From an uncultured Acidobacteriaceae bacterium (GTDB lineage: Bacteria; Acidobacteriota; Terriglobia; Terriglobales; Acidobacteriaceae): 64,000 nucleotides of DNA. The stretch is taken from the NCBI GenBank assembly GCA_963710545.1, contig CAVQAJ010000011.1, forward strand, positions 203,113-267,112, read 5' to 3'. Shown here piece by piece: positions 7,541 to 16,161 of the stretch. How positions within the stretch are numbered: the first letter of the stretch is position 1; each line of letters starts with the position of its first letter. Below the pieces are notes generated by a model. It was not told where the DNA came from and did not search any database. It saw only the letters and a program-made list of their open reading frames with translations. The translations under genes and the position numbers were made by a program.

Positions 7541-7909
7541 TCGACCCCTTCCCGGCCAGCCGGAAGCACCCACAAATCCCATGCCGCGCAAGCGGCATCT
7601 GCCGCACCGCAGGTGCCCGCAGGTGCTTGCAGATAATTACGGCTTCCCGGCGCACAATGGTCGATGGAAGAAGAGCAAATGGAGGAAGCGCGACCCCCGA
7701 AACCCGGGGTGCTCGGCGCGAAAAAAGGGGGGATACACCCCACCCCCCTCCCGTTTCGTTGATAACAAGGAACTTAGCCAATCGTCACATCAAAGACCTA
7801 AGAAAACAAAGCACTTAAAAAAAGGACAAGCTGCCGAAACCCGCCATTTTGCCCCGAAAACGCTGCAGATTCGTCGCTCCCCCGCTGCTTCATTGCTATA
7901 GTCGTAGCC

Positions 7910-9214
7910 ATGTTGAACATTCCCGTTCGCAACGCACTCATTGCGGCTGGCGCACTCGTCATCCTCGGCGCCATCGCCCGGACTCAAGCGCCAGCCCAAG
8001 CGCCCGCCGCGGCGCCCATCGTCCTCCACGCCGCGCGCCTGCTCCAGGTGGACACCGGCACGCTTCTCCAGCCCGGCGAAGTCCTGGTCGAGGGCGACCG
8101 CATCCGCGCCGTGGGCACGTCGGTCGATCATCCGCAGGGCGCAAAGGTCATTGACCTCGGCAACACCACGCTGCTTCCCGGCCTGATCGACGTGCACGTC
8201 CATCTCTTCCTGCATCCCGGCGCAGAGGACCTGCAGACGGTCGAGGAGTCGGTTCCCTGGCGCGTCATCCTCGCCGAACAGGCCGCCAAGGCCGATCTCC
8301 TCGCCGGCTTCACCGCCGAGCGCGACATGGGAACCGAAGGCGCCGGCTCCGCCGACACCGCCGTCCGCAACGCCATCGACCAGGGAATCATCCTCGGCCC
8401 GCGCCTGCGCATCAGCGGCAACGCCATCGACATCCTCGGCGGCCACGAGGACGCCAACCGCTACAACCCCGCCCAGCACGTGCTCTCCAACGCCGACTAC
8501 GCCAACTCCGCCGCCGAGATCGTCGCGGTCATGCGCGAGCAGCACAAGCAGGGCTCCGACTTCGCCAAGATCTACGAGACCGGACCGGACAAGTTGATCG
8601 ACGGCCAGTTCCACACGCCCTACCAGTACACCGAGGAGCAGCTTGCCGCCGCCGTCGCCGAGGGCCACCGGCTGGGCGTCGTGGTCGGCGTCCACGCCAT
8701 GGGCGAGCCCGGAACGCTCTACGCCGCCCAGGCCGGCGTCGTCGCCATCGACCACGCCACCCAGCTCAGCGACGAAACCATGCGCCTGATGCGCGAGAAG
8801 CACATCCCGGCCGTGCCCACGTTCGCCATCTTCGAGTACTTCGCCGAGCACGCGCAATCGCCTGCTGCGTCGCGCCGCGAACACGAGCTGCTCAGCTACA
8901 AGATCGCCGAGTTCGGCAAGCAACTGGCCGCCGGCATTCCCTTCGCCGTCGGCTCCGACGTCGGCCCCTTCCCGCATGGCGCCCAGGCCCGCGAGCTGGA
9001 GCTGATGGTCCGCTTCGGCATGAAGCCCCTGGCCGTGCTCCAGGCCGACATGATCGAGGGAGCCCGGGTACTGGGATGGGAGAACGAGATCGGCCAGCTC
9101 AAGCCCGGCTTTCTGGCCGACATCGTCGCCGTCCCCGCCAATCCGCTGGAGGACATCCGCGTAGTGGAGCGGGTGAGCTTCGTGATGAAGGGTGGAGTGG
9201 TGGAAAAGCAGTAG
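7910..9214 (+). CDS. Secreted metal-dependent amidohydrolase (COG1228 / imidazolonepropionase-like family)
   Basis: Signal-like N-terminus, then ...NTTLLPGLIDVHVHLFLH... (HxH metal motif), GVHAMGE and AVGSDVGPFPHG. This is typical amidohydrolase_1 architecture. Confidence 0.85.
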   Translation: MLNIPVRNALIAAGALVILGAIARTQAPAQAPAAAPIVLHAARLLQVDTGTLLQPGEVLVEGDRIRAVGTSVDHPQGAKVIDLGNTTLLPGLIDVHVHLFLHPGAEDLQTVEESVPWRVILAEQAAKADLLAGFTAERDMGTEGAGSADTAVRNAIDQGIILGPRLRISGNAIDILGGHEDANRYNPAQHVLSNADYANSAAEIVAVMREQHKQGSDFAKIYETGPDKLIDGQFHTPYQYTEEQLAAAVAEGHRLGVVVGVHAMGEPGTLYAAQAGVVAIDHATQLSDETMRLMREKHIPAVPTFAIFEYFAEHAQSPAASRREHELLSYKIAEFGKQLAAGIPFAVGSDVGPFPHGAQARELELMVRFGMKPLAVLQADMIEGARVLGWENEIGQLKPGFLADIVAVPANPLEDIRVVERVSFVMKGGVVEKQ

Positions 9215-9218
9215 ACCT

Positions 9219-9337
9219 GGTTGCATAAATCGGGCTTTGAAAGGGCACGGCTTTAGCCGTGCCGTAACAGGCCCATAAAACCTGGGGCTTTAGCCCCTGA
9301 GGGACAGTCTTCTCTGTCGGAAATGATCTATGCAACC
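9219..9337. mobile_element. MITE-like element (family B), 119 bp
   Basis: Terminal inverted repeats GGTTGCATA (9219-9227) and TATGCAACC (9329-9337). Internal hairpins GGCACGGCTTTAGCCGTGCC and GGGGCTTTAGCCCC. ACCT flanks both sides (9215-9218, 9338-9341). A second copy lies at 57243-57362. Confidence 0.75.
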
Positions 9338-9442
9338 ACCTCTAGGCGAGGCTTCGGACTGAGCGGCCGGCTTCCAGGCCTCGGAACCGAGGCCTGGAAG
9401 GAACAACTGGTTCATTGAACAACGATCCGGACGCGTTAAACG

Positions 9443-9784
9443 TCAGGCCGGCGTGCCGGTTTCGCTCTCCGGCTCTGGGAAGTCGCCGCAGCGCGCACGC
9501 ATTTTCTGGCGGAACTTTTCGCGCTCCTCGGGCGTCATGCGCTCCCAGCGCTTGCCCCAGGGCCGTTGCGATTTGCCGTGATCGTTGCCGTGGCCGCCAA
9601 AGCCGCCGAAGAGAATCCGGCACAGAACCAGCAGTCCGAGAGCTTGCCAGAAGGTAATCGCGTGCAATCCGAACAACGTCGGCAGCAGCCAGTTCCAAAG
9701 ATGCATCACGATCTCGCCGAAGATCCAGGTGAAAAGCACGATCGCCGGCGGGGCCAGTAGAAAAATCCACCATTTCTTTCTCAT
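9443..9784 (-). CDS. Small membrane protein co-oriented immediately downstream of the ECF sigma gene (possible anti-sigma/partner)
   Basis: MRKKWWIFLLAPPAIVLFTWIFGEIVMHLWNWLLPTLFGLHAITFWQALGLLVLCRILFGGFG... has 2-3 hydrophobic helices plus a basic tail ...MTPEEREKFRQKMRARCG. There is a 10-nt gap to the sigma gene. No zf-HC2 anti-sigma motif is seen. Confidence 0.6.
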   Translation of the reverse strand: MRKKWWIFLLAPPAIVLFTWIFGEIVMHLWNWLLPTLFGLHAITFWQALGLLVLCRILFGGFGGHGNDHGKSQRPWGKRWERMTPEEREKFRQKMRARCGDFPEPESETGTPA

Positions 9785-9794
9785 GTTGTGTTCC

Positions 9795-10364
9795 TCATTT
9801 CCTCAGAAACTCTTCGTGAATGCTCTCCAGCCGTTCGCGCAGGTGCAGCACCGCGTAGCGTTTGCGTGAGAGCAGGGTGTTGACGTTGACTCCGGTTTCC
9901 GCCGCGAGCTCCTTGAAGCTGCGCCCCTCCAGTTCGTGGGCGACAAAGACTTGGCGCTGCTCGGCGGGCAGTTCATCGAGCGCAAGCTCCAGCTCGTCGA
10001 GCAGCACGCCGCGCAGGTAGAGCGCCTCCGGCCCGGCGTCGGGCGAAGGCAGCAGATCTTCCACCTGCAGCAACTCGCCCTCTTCGTTCTCCAGCGCCTG
10101 GTCGGAGAAAAGCTCCGGCTTCTTCTTGCGGAACAGATCCGTGATCCGATTGCGCGCCACGCGAAACAGCCAGCCGGTTACGTAGTCGATCGGCTGCAAA
10201 AGCCGATGCGCCTCCACCAACTCGCAGAAGACCTCCTGAAGCAGGTCTTCCACGTCGGATTCATTGGGCACCCGCCTGCGAATGAAGTTGCGCAGCCGGG
10301 GCCGTTCCTCCGCGATGACATCGGCGATCTGGCGGTCCTGCTCGGCCATTGAAAGTACGCTCAT
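9795..10364 (-). CDS. ECF-type RNA polymerase sigma-70 family factor
   Basis: Region 2 is DVEDLLQEVFCELVEAHRLL...WLFRVARNRITDLFRKK. Region 4 is LPAEQRQVFVAHELEGRSFKELAAETGVNVNTLLSRKRYAVLHLRERL. I chose the ATG at 10364; a GTG at 10379 is also possible. Confidence 0.9.
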   Translation of the reverse strand: MSVLSMAEQDRQIADVIAEERPRLRNFIRRRVPNESDVEDLLQEVFCELVEAHRLLQPIDYVTGWLFRVARNRITDLFRKKKPELFSDQALENEEGELLQVEDLLPSPDAGPEALYLRGVLLDELELALDELPAEQRQVFVAHELEGRSFKELAAETGVNVNTLLSRKRYAVLHLRERLESIHEEFLRK

Positions 10365-10432
10365 GGCACATCCATCCACTGCTGAAGACGGATGGCAGAC
10401 GCAGATATTGTAAAGAGCGGAATCGCTGCGAG

Positions 10433-10457
10433 GACGGTTGCCGGCGCGGCTGCTTCC
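10433..10457 (-). promoter_or_regulatory. Candidate autoregulated ECF-type promoter (GGAAG-N16-CGTC)
   Basis: The minus strand reads GGAAG CAGCCGCGCCGGCAAC CGTC, ~70 nt upstream of the sigma start. It resembles the generic ECF -35 GGAAC / -10 CGTC pattern. Confidence 0.35.
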
Positions 10458-10496
10458 TAGGAGTGAATCGGCCGATGTGCCGGGGCCTGTTTACTT

Positions 10497-10709
10497 TCAC
10501 TCTGCTGCCGCGGCCGCCTGCGCGCGCCGCTCCTCGATCTTCTTCAGCGTCTGGCGCCAGCACTTGGACTTGACGGGCGCGAGCGAATCCTCGACCGCTT
10601 TGCGATAGCCGCCCAGGTAGATCGAGTAGAGAATGGCCAGCGAGCAGCCGATGCCCCAAAGGAATCCGATGCAAAGCCCAACCAAGGCGGCAGGACCGAA
10701 GTCTGTCAT
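10497..10709 (-). CDS. Small hypothetical membrane protein
   Basis: MTDFGPAALVGLCIGFLWGIGCSLAILYSIYLGGYRKAVEDS... has one hydrophobic hairpin. It lies directly downstream of the Mqn radical-SAM gene. No family is recognised. Confidence 0.4.
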   Translation of the reverse strand: MTDFGPAALVGLCIGFLWGIGCSLAILYSIYLGGYRKAVEDSLAPVKSKCWRQTLKKIEERRAQAAAAAE

Positions 10710-10740
10710 GGCGACGAATCCCTTCCCTCAGCGGCCTCGG

Positions 10741-11892
10741 CTACACAGCCACCGTAAAGCTGTCCTCGGTGCGCGTGACCGCGTGGTAAAGCGTGTCGCG
10801 CTCGACGGGGACCCGGCCGGCCTCGGTAATCAGCCGGCACAGCTCCTTGCGCGTCATGCCCTGCGGCGTGGTGGCGCCCGCGTCGTGGTAGATTTTTTCC
10901 TCAATCACAGTGCCGTCCAGGTCGTCGGCGCCGAAGCGCAGCGCAATCTGCGCGATCTTCGGCGTGAGCATCTGCCAGTAGGCCTTGATATGGGGGAAGT
11001 TGTCGAGTAGCAGGCGGCTGACGGCGATCTGCCGCAGGTCGGTAAGGCCAGTGGTCACGGGCAGGTGGTCGAGCGGCGTGTTTTCCGGATGAAAGGCCAG
11101 AGGAATGAAGGTCTGGAAGCCGCCAGTCTCGTCCTGCACGGCGCGCAGTTTGAGCAGATGGTCGACGCGGTCTTCGTCGTTTTCGATGTGGCCGTAGAGC
11201 ATCGTGGCGTTGGACTTGAACCCCAGCTTGTGGGCCAGACGCGCCGTTTCCAGCCACTCCTCGCCGTCGATCTTGTGGTCGCAAATGATGGAGCGCACGC
11301 GCGCGGAGAAGATCTCTGCGCCGCCGCCGGGCATCGAATCCACGCCCGCCTCGCGCAGGCGGATGAGCGTCTCTTCGATGGAGAGCTTGGCGCGGCGGGC
11401 CAGGTAGGCCACCTCCACCATGGTGAAGGCCTTGATGTGGACTCTTGGAAAACGCTGTTTGAGGCCGCTGACCAGGTCGAGAAAGTACTCGAGCGGCAGG
11501 TCGGGGTGCAGGCCGCCGACGATGTGGAACTCGGTCACGGCTTCGGAGTAGCCGGAGGCTGCGGTCTGCCACGCTTCTTCCAGGGCCATGGTGTAGCCGA
11601 GCGGATCGCCCTTCTTGCGGCCGAAGGCGCACAGCTTGCAGGCGGCCACGCAGACGTTGGTGGGGTTGATGTGGCGATTGACGTTGAAGTAAGTCACGTC
11701 CCCATGCAGCCGCTCACGCACATGGTTGGCCAGCCAGCCCACCGCCAGCACATCCGATGAGCCGTAGAGAGTCAGGCCCTCGTTGAAGTCCAGCCTCTGG
11801 CCCGCGAACACCTTTGCGGCAATGGGCTCCAGGCGGGGGTCGTGGCTGCGAAAGGCGGCGGGCGGACGGGATTCCGCAATCTCGGTCTGCAT
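10741..11892 (-). CDS. Radical SAM enzyme of the futalosine menaquinone pathway (MqnE/MqnC family)
   Basis: YFNVNRHINPTNVCVAACKLCAFGRKKGD carries the CxxxCxxC cluster. Also ...FHIVGGLHPD..., ...MPGGGAEIF..., ...NATMLYGHIE... I cannot separate MqnE from MqnC by eye. I chose the ATG at 11892 (MQTEIAES); the GTG at 11928 would overlap the upstream gene. Confidence 0.85.
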   Translation of the reverse strand: MQTEIAESRPPAAFRSHDPRLEPIAAKVFAGQRLDFNEGLTLYGSSDVLAVGWLANHVRERLHGDVTYFNVNRHINPTNVCVAACKLCAFGRKKGDPLGYTMALEEAWQTAASGYSEAVTEFHIVGGLHPDLPLEYFLDLVSGLKQRFPRVHIKAFTMVEVAYLARRAKLSIEETLIRLREAGVDSMPGGGAEIFSARVRSIICDHKIDGEEWLETARLAHKLGFKSNATMLYGHIENDEDRVDHLLKLRAVQDETGGFQTFIPLAFHPENTPLDHLPVTTGLTDLRQIAVSRLLLDNFPHIKAYWQMLTPKIAQIALRFGADDLDGTVIEEKIYHDAGATTPQGMTRKELCRLITEAGRVPVERDTLYHAVTRTEDSFTVAV

Positions 11893-11924
11893 ATCAAGAT
11901 GATACAGAATTCGCCCGGGGCGAT

Positions 11925-13970
11925 TCACTTTTGCCCGGTCTCGATTCTCCCCGCCGCGGGCTCAACCAGAACGCCGTCATAGAGAGACGCAGCCACTAAG
12001 CGGTCGCCCGCGATGCGCACCAGGCCGATGCGATAGCCGGTCTGCCACAGTTTCCAGGTCATGGTCTTGGGATCGATCGAGTAGATCTGGTCGCTGGACC
12101 GGGAACTGACAAGAACCCTTTTCGCGAGCGTGTCGTAGGCCAGGTCGTCCACATCGCGGAAGGGCAGGCGCTCGATCCACAGCCACTTTTTGCCCTTGTC
12201 CGGGGTAAAGTAGACCCCTTCGCGCGCGCCCAGCCAGAGCGTGCCGTCGGCAGAAAACACCACGCGATGGATACGGGTGAGCATGGAGGGAATCTGCATG
12301 GGCCACCAGGATGCGCCGGCGTCGGTGGAAAGAACCACGCCGCCGGATCGGGCCGCGGCCATGGTTGCTCCCAGGGAAGTGACCGACAGGTAGTCGCCGG
12401 AGTCCATCACCATGCCGCCCTGCCAGGTTGCGCCCTGGTCTTTGCTGGTGAAGAGCCCGCCGGTGGTGGAGGCCAGCCATGCATCGCCGCTCAGGTCCAG
12501 CGCCACGGCGCGGCTGCTCATTTCAATCACCGGGGCCTTGACGCGCTTCTCCACATTGATGCGCTTCCCGGAATGGTTCTCCGTGGCAATCTTCACCTGG
12601 GTGTTGGCAATGGTGTTGTGCGGCTCCCAGTGCGGCGCAATGCCCGCCGACGGGTCGTTGCTCGCCGCGTCTTGGACCAGGGCGAAGATGCCGTGGCTGG
12701 TTCCGGCAAATACGGTTCCGTCCGGCGCCTGCGCCAGGGCAAAGACATCGCGCCCCTCCAGTCCCGTGCCGATCTGGCCCCAGCTTGCGCCGCCGTTGCT
12801 GCTCACAAACGCTCCGCCGTAGGATTTGTCGTTGACCACGCCGGCATAGAGCCGCGCCGGGTCAGCGTGGTCCACCAGCAGCGCGTCGACCTTGCGCCCG
12901 GAGAAGCCCTCGTTGGAAGCGGTAAAGGTCGCGCCTCCATCGTGGCTGGCCAGCACGCCGCCGCGATCGGTGGCCAGGAGCACATGGCTCGAGTCGCCGG
13001 GATCGACGAAGACGTCGTTCACTATCACGTCGGCGCCGGTCATGGAATCGAAGTGTCTGCCGGCGTCGGTCGTCTTGTACAGGCCCTGGGTGGTTCCCGC
13101 GTAGACCACTTCGCGATGGTTGGGGTCCTGCATCAGCACGCGGGTGCGGCGCGCATCCGAGGGAATGCCCTGGATCTTGTGAAACAGCTCGCCCGAGTTC
13201 TCGCTCTTGTAGATGCCGCTGCACGCGCTCAGGAAAACCGTCCTGGGCTTCACCGGATCGACGATGATCGAGAAGACGTCCGAGTCCTCAATCACGCCCT
13301 TCTTGATGCTCTCCCACTTCTTGCCGCCGTCGACCGTCTTCCAAGGCAGGTGCCAGGTTCCGGCATAGACAATCCGCGGGTCCGCGGGGTCCACGGCCAG
13401 CGACTCCACCTCGTGAATCTCACGGCTGCCGCGAGGGCTGATCAGGTTCCACGACGCGCCTGCGTCGGTGGAGCGAAAGACCCCCTCCATGGTTCCCGCG
13501 AAGAGCGTTCCGGGGTTGGAGGGCGCCTGCGCAAAGGCGCGTACCGATTGCCCGCTCAGGCCTTCCACCGCGCTCCAGCTCTTGCCGCCGTCATGGCTGA
13601 CCCACGACCCGCCGCCGGTTTCGTCCACCTTCCACGCGGCCGCATAAATAGTCGAGGAATTCGCCCCGTCCACAACGATGTTGTCCACCACTAGGTCGTC
13701 GGTCCCGTCCAGCTTGGTCAGCCTGCGCCAGGTAGTGCCCGCGTCGAGCGACTCGTAGATCCAACTGTCGGTCGTGCCCAGATACAGGTGGCGCGGGTCC
13801 CCCGGAACCGCCGCAAAGGCCCGTGCGTCTCCGCCCGATGGCCCCACCGCGATCCAGGCCGATTCCGCAGGAAGCCTCTCAAGACCCATGGCGATGACCA
13901 GAAAAAGAATGGCCCGCGCGGAAGTTCCGCGCCGGCTCAGGAATCTAAGACAAATCCGCATACGGCTCAT
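11925..13970 (-). CDS. Secreted BNR/Asp-box repeat protein (sortilin/VPS10- or Ycf48-like beta-propeller; often annotated as a glycosyl hydrolase BNR-repeat protein)
   Basis: Multiple S-x-D-x-G-x-x-W boxes: SLDAGTTW, SHDGGKSW, STDAGASW, TVDGGKKW, TTDAGRHF, SHDGGATF, SSNGGASW, SKDQGATW, STDAGASW. Signal-like N-terminus. Confidence 0.8.
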   Translation of the reverse strand: MSRMRICLRFLSRRGTSARAILFLVIAMGLERLPAESAWIAVGPSGGDARAFAAVPGDPRHLYLGTTDSWIYESLDAGTTWRRLTKLDGTDDLVVDNIVVDGANSSTIYAAAWKVDETGGGSWVSHDGGKSWSAVEGLSGQSVRAFAQAPSNPGTLFAGTMEGVFRSTDAGASWNLISPRGSREIHEVESLAVDPADPRIVYAGTWHLPWKTVDGGKKWESIKKGVIEDSDVFSIIVDPVKPRTVFLSACSGIYKSENSGELFHKIQGIPSDARRTRVLMQDPNHREVVYAGTTQGLYKTTDAGRHFDSMTGADVIVNDVFVDPGDSSHVLLATDRGGVLASHDGGATFTASNEGFSGRKVDALLVDHADPARLYAGVVNDKSYGGAFVSSNGGASWGQIGTGLEGRDVFALAQAPDGTVFAGTSHGIFALVQDAASNDPSAGIAPHWEPHNTIANTQVKIATENHSGKRINVEKRVKAPVIEMSSRAVALDLSGDAWLASTTGGLFTSKDQGATWQGGMVMDSGDYLSVTSLGATMAAARSGGVVLSTDAGASWWPMQIPSMLTRIHRVVFSADGTLWLGAREGVYFTPDKGKKWLWIERLPFRDVDDLAYDTLAKRVLVSSRSSDQIYSIDPKTMTWKLWQTGYRIGLVRIAGDRLVAASLYDGVLVEPAAGRIETGQK

Positions 13971-14035
13971 TCAAACAACAAGCTCCCAGACCGACGATAC
14001 AGAGATGAGCGAAAAAATGCCTTGAAAAATGATGA

Positions 14036-14059
14036 GGCTGACCGGCTTCCCGGTCAGCC
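14036..14059 (-). terminator. Possible terminator hairpin downstream of the OmpA-like gene
   Basis: Perfect 10-bp stem GGCTGACCGG-CTTC-CCGGTCAGCC. On the minus strand a T5 run follows, but only after 6 nt, so the call is weak. Confidence 0.3.
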
Positions 14060-14172
14060 TCGAATCGTTGCAGGAGGATTGGCTTGGTCTGCTTGTGTTC
14101 TCCATCCTTCTCGCGCTGGCGAAAAGGATGGAGAAGTTGATTCACTCCATAGCCGGGCCGGATGGCCGGTCC

Positions 14173-15897
14173 TTACTTCTTGGCCGCCGCAGCCTTCTTG
14201 TGGGCGTGCGGCCTTTCCCCCAGGGGCTTGCGCACCTCTGGCTTGACTGTGGTCTCGTCCACCGGCGTGGTTCCGCTTATGTCGGACGAGAAGGTTGCGC
14301 CCGCGGGCACCAGGTAGTCTTCCACCGTCTGACCGTCGGTCGAGCCGGTAGCCACACTGATGCGCGATGCATCAATGCCCTTCTCCGTCACCAGGTACTC
14401 CTTGGTGTTGACCGCGCGCTGGGCGTCGTCACGGATGACCGGCTTGGCGTGCTTGCGCTTCGCGGCCAGCTTCTCCGCCTTGGTGGTCGCTGCTTTCTCC
14501 TTGGCATCGGACTCGCCAACCACCACCGCCTTGGCATCGGACTGGCGCTGCAAATCGAGGGCAACCTGGTCAAGGCAGGCCTTGGCTTCGTTGTCCACGC
14601 GCGTGGGGCGCTTGGCGTCCGTCGAGAAGTTGAGGGAGCAGAGAGCCTGCGTATGCGGCGCCGGAGGAACATACGGAGCCGTGATGGTCACGCTGGTGCT
14701 CGCGGTTGCGGTTTGACCCTTGTCGTCGGACACGTTGCAGGTGATGCCCACCGCGCCGGTCGGCGCGCCGGCCGAGGAGAAGGTCGCCGTGGTGCCGCTG
14801 CCGCTGACCGAGCCGGCCGAAGCCGAGTAGCTGTAGGTGAGCGGGCGGTTCTGCGGGCTCATACCCATGGAGGTGACGGTGCTGCTCTCACCCGGCTTGA
14901 TGGTGCTGGGATTGGCCGTGCAACTGATCGTCGGCGGCTCGAACGCCTTGACCGTAAAGCTGGCAGAGCAGTCTGCCGCCTGTCCGGGCTTCAGGCCTTC
15001 CTTGCCGGGCTTGCCTTCCTTCACCGTGGCCTTCACGGTGTAGGCGCCGGCGGCCAGAGAACCGGTGGCGATGGTCACCGTCGTGCCGGTGCCCGAAGCT
15101 CCGGTTCCGGACCAGGAATATACCGCATTCAGCTTCGGATCCAGCGCGCCGGCAGTGGCCGTCACCGTGACCGGGTCGCCGGGGAAGATCGAAGTCGGGC
15201 TGGCCGAGCAAGCCAGCGTGGCCGGCGGCGGCGGCAAGATCGAACCGATGTGGTAGACAAAACCTGCGCTCAACCGCGCCATGTTGGCGTTGACCCGGCC
15301 TCCCGCACCCAGATTCTCGTGGGTGTACTGATAGTCGGCCTGGAAGATGCGGATAGCCAGGTGGTGGTCGAAAAAGGGTGTCTCATAGTCCAACCCGCCG
15401 CCGAGGGTAAGCACCGGGCCGAAGGCGTCCGGCGAGTGGTAAACGCCGCCGTACTCCAGGCCAACCAGAGCGTGGGCGAACGGGGTGACGTCCGCGGAGG
15501 GATGACGGAAGATCAGGCCGCCGCCGCCACCGGAGAAGTCGTCGTTGGCATAGGTAGAGCCGCCGCCGGTGGCCGTCTGGTTCACGATGTGTTCGTCGGC
15601 TTCCAACTGCACGCCGACATACTTGTTAAAATAGCGGGCCACGCTAAGGATCGAACCGTAGTCGATGGCCTGCAGCACAGTGGTGAAACCTCCGCCTGTG
15701 GTCACGACGGTCCCGTGCGGGGCCAGATAGCTGTAGCCCGCAAAGACGTCCCACTTCGACGGAGAATCCTGCCACGTGGCGGTCGAGGCCGCTTTGGCAG
15801 GTTTGGCTGAATCTTGCGCGCCCAGCGCAAGGGGCAGAACCGCGGCCATTGCCATGGCTACCGTCCATCTTAGAGATTTCGAAACACGAGAGTTCAT
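14173..15897 (-). CDS. Outer-membrane protein: N-terminal beta-barrel, three Ig-like repeats and an OmpA-C-like domain
   Basis: MNSRVSKSLRWTVAMAMAAVLPLALGAQD is a signal peptide. The barrel-like part ends ...ANMARLSAGFVYHIG. Repeats are ...CSASPTSIFPGDPVTVTATAG.., ..CTANPSTIKPGESSTVTS.. The tail ..RVDNEAKACLDQVALDLQRQSDAKAVVVGESD...RAVNTKEYLVTEKGIDASRISV resembles OmpA_C. Confidence 0.72.
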   Translation of the reverse strand: MNSRVSKSLRWTVAMAMAAVLPLALGAQDSAKPAKAASTATWQDSPSKWDVFAGYSYLAPHGTVVTTGGGFTTVLQAIDYGSILSVARYFNKYVGVQLEADEHIVNQTATGGGSTYANDDFSGGGGGLIFRHPSADVTPFAHALVGLEYGGVYHSPDAFGPVLTLGGGLDYETPFFDHHLAIRIFQADYQYTHENLGAGGRVNANMARLSAGFVYHIGSILPPPPATLACSASPTSIFPGDPVTVTATAGALDPKLNAVYSWSGTGASGTGTTVTIATGSLAAGAYTVKATVKEGKPGKEGLKPGQAADCSASFTVKAFEPPTISCTANPSTIKPGESSTVTSMGMSPQNRPLTYSYSASAGSVSGSGTTATFSSAGAPTGAVGITCNVSDDKGQTATASTSVTITAPYVPPAPHTQALCSLNFSTDAKRPTRVDNEAKACLDQVALDLQRQSDAKAVVVGESDAKEKAATTKAEKLAAKRKHAKPVIRDDAQRAVNTKEYLVTEKGIDASRISVATGSTDGQTVEDYLVPAGATFSSDISGTTPVDETTVKPEVRKPLGERPHAHKKAAAAKK

Positions 15898-16161
15898 GCG
15901 TTTATCCTCCGCAACATTTCTGAATGACCAGTGATCAAAAGCTGTTTCGAGCGCATCACGCTGCTCGGCGCCCCTTGAATCCAACAAAAAGACTCATGAA
16001 TGACTGCGATTACGACACTTTCAAACGTACCATAGGTCAAATCGGGAAGAATACTTTTTTTCAACAGCTTGCACTGCGCAATGGCCCAAAACATGCAACA
16101 CCCGACCAACCTTGATTACCTTCGTAACTCATACCCAGAGTCACAGTTGCTACCCTGCGAG

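Noticed and set aside
9099-9335. Small ORFs 9099..9335 and 57201..57389 with similar peptides.
   Set aside because: The similarity comes entirely from the shared MITE-like element, so they are not genes.
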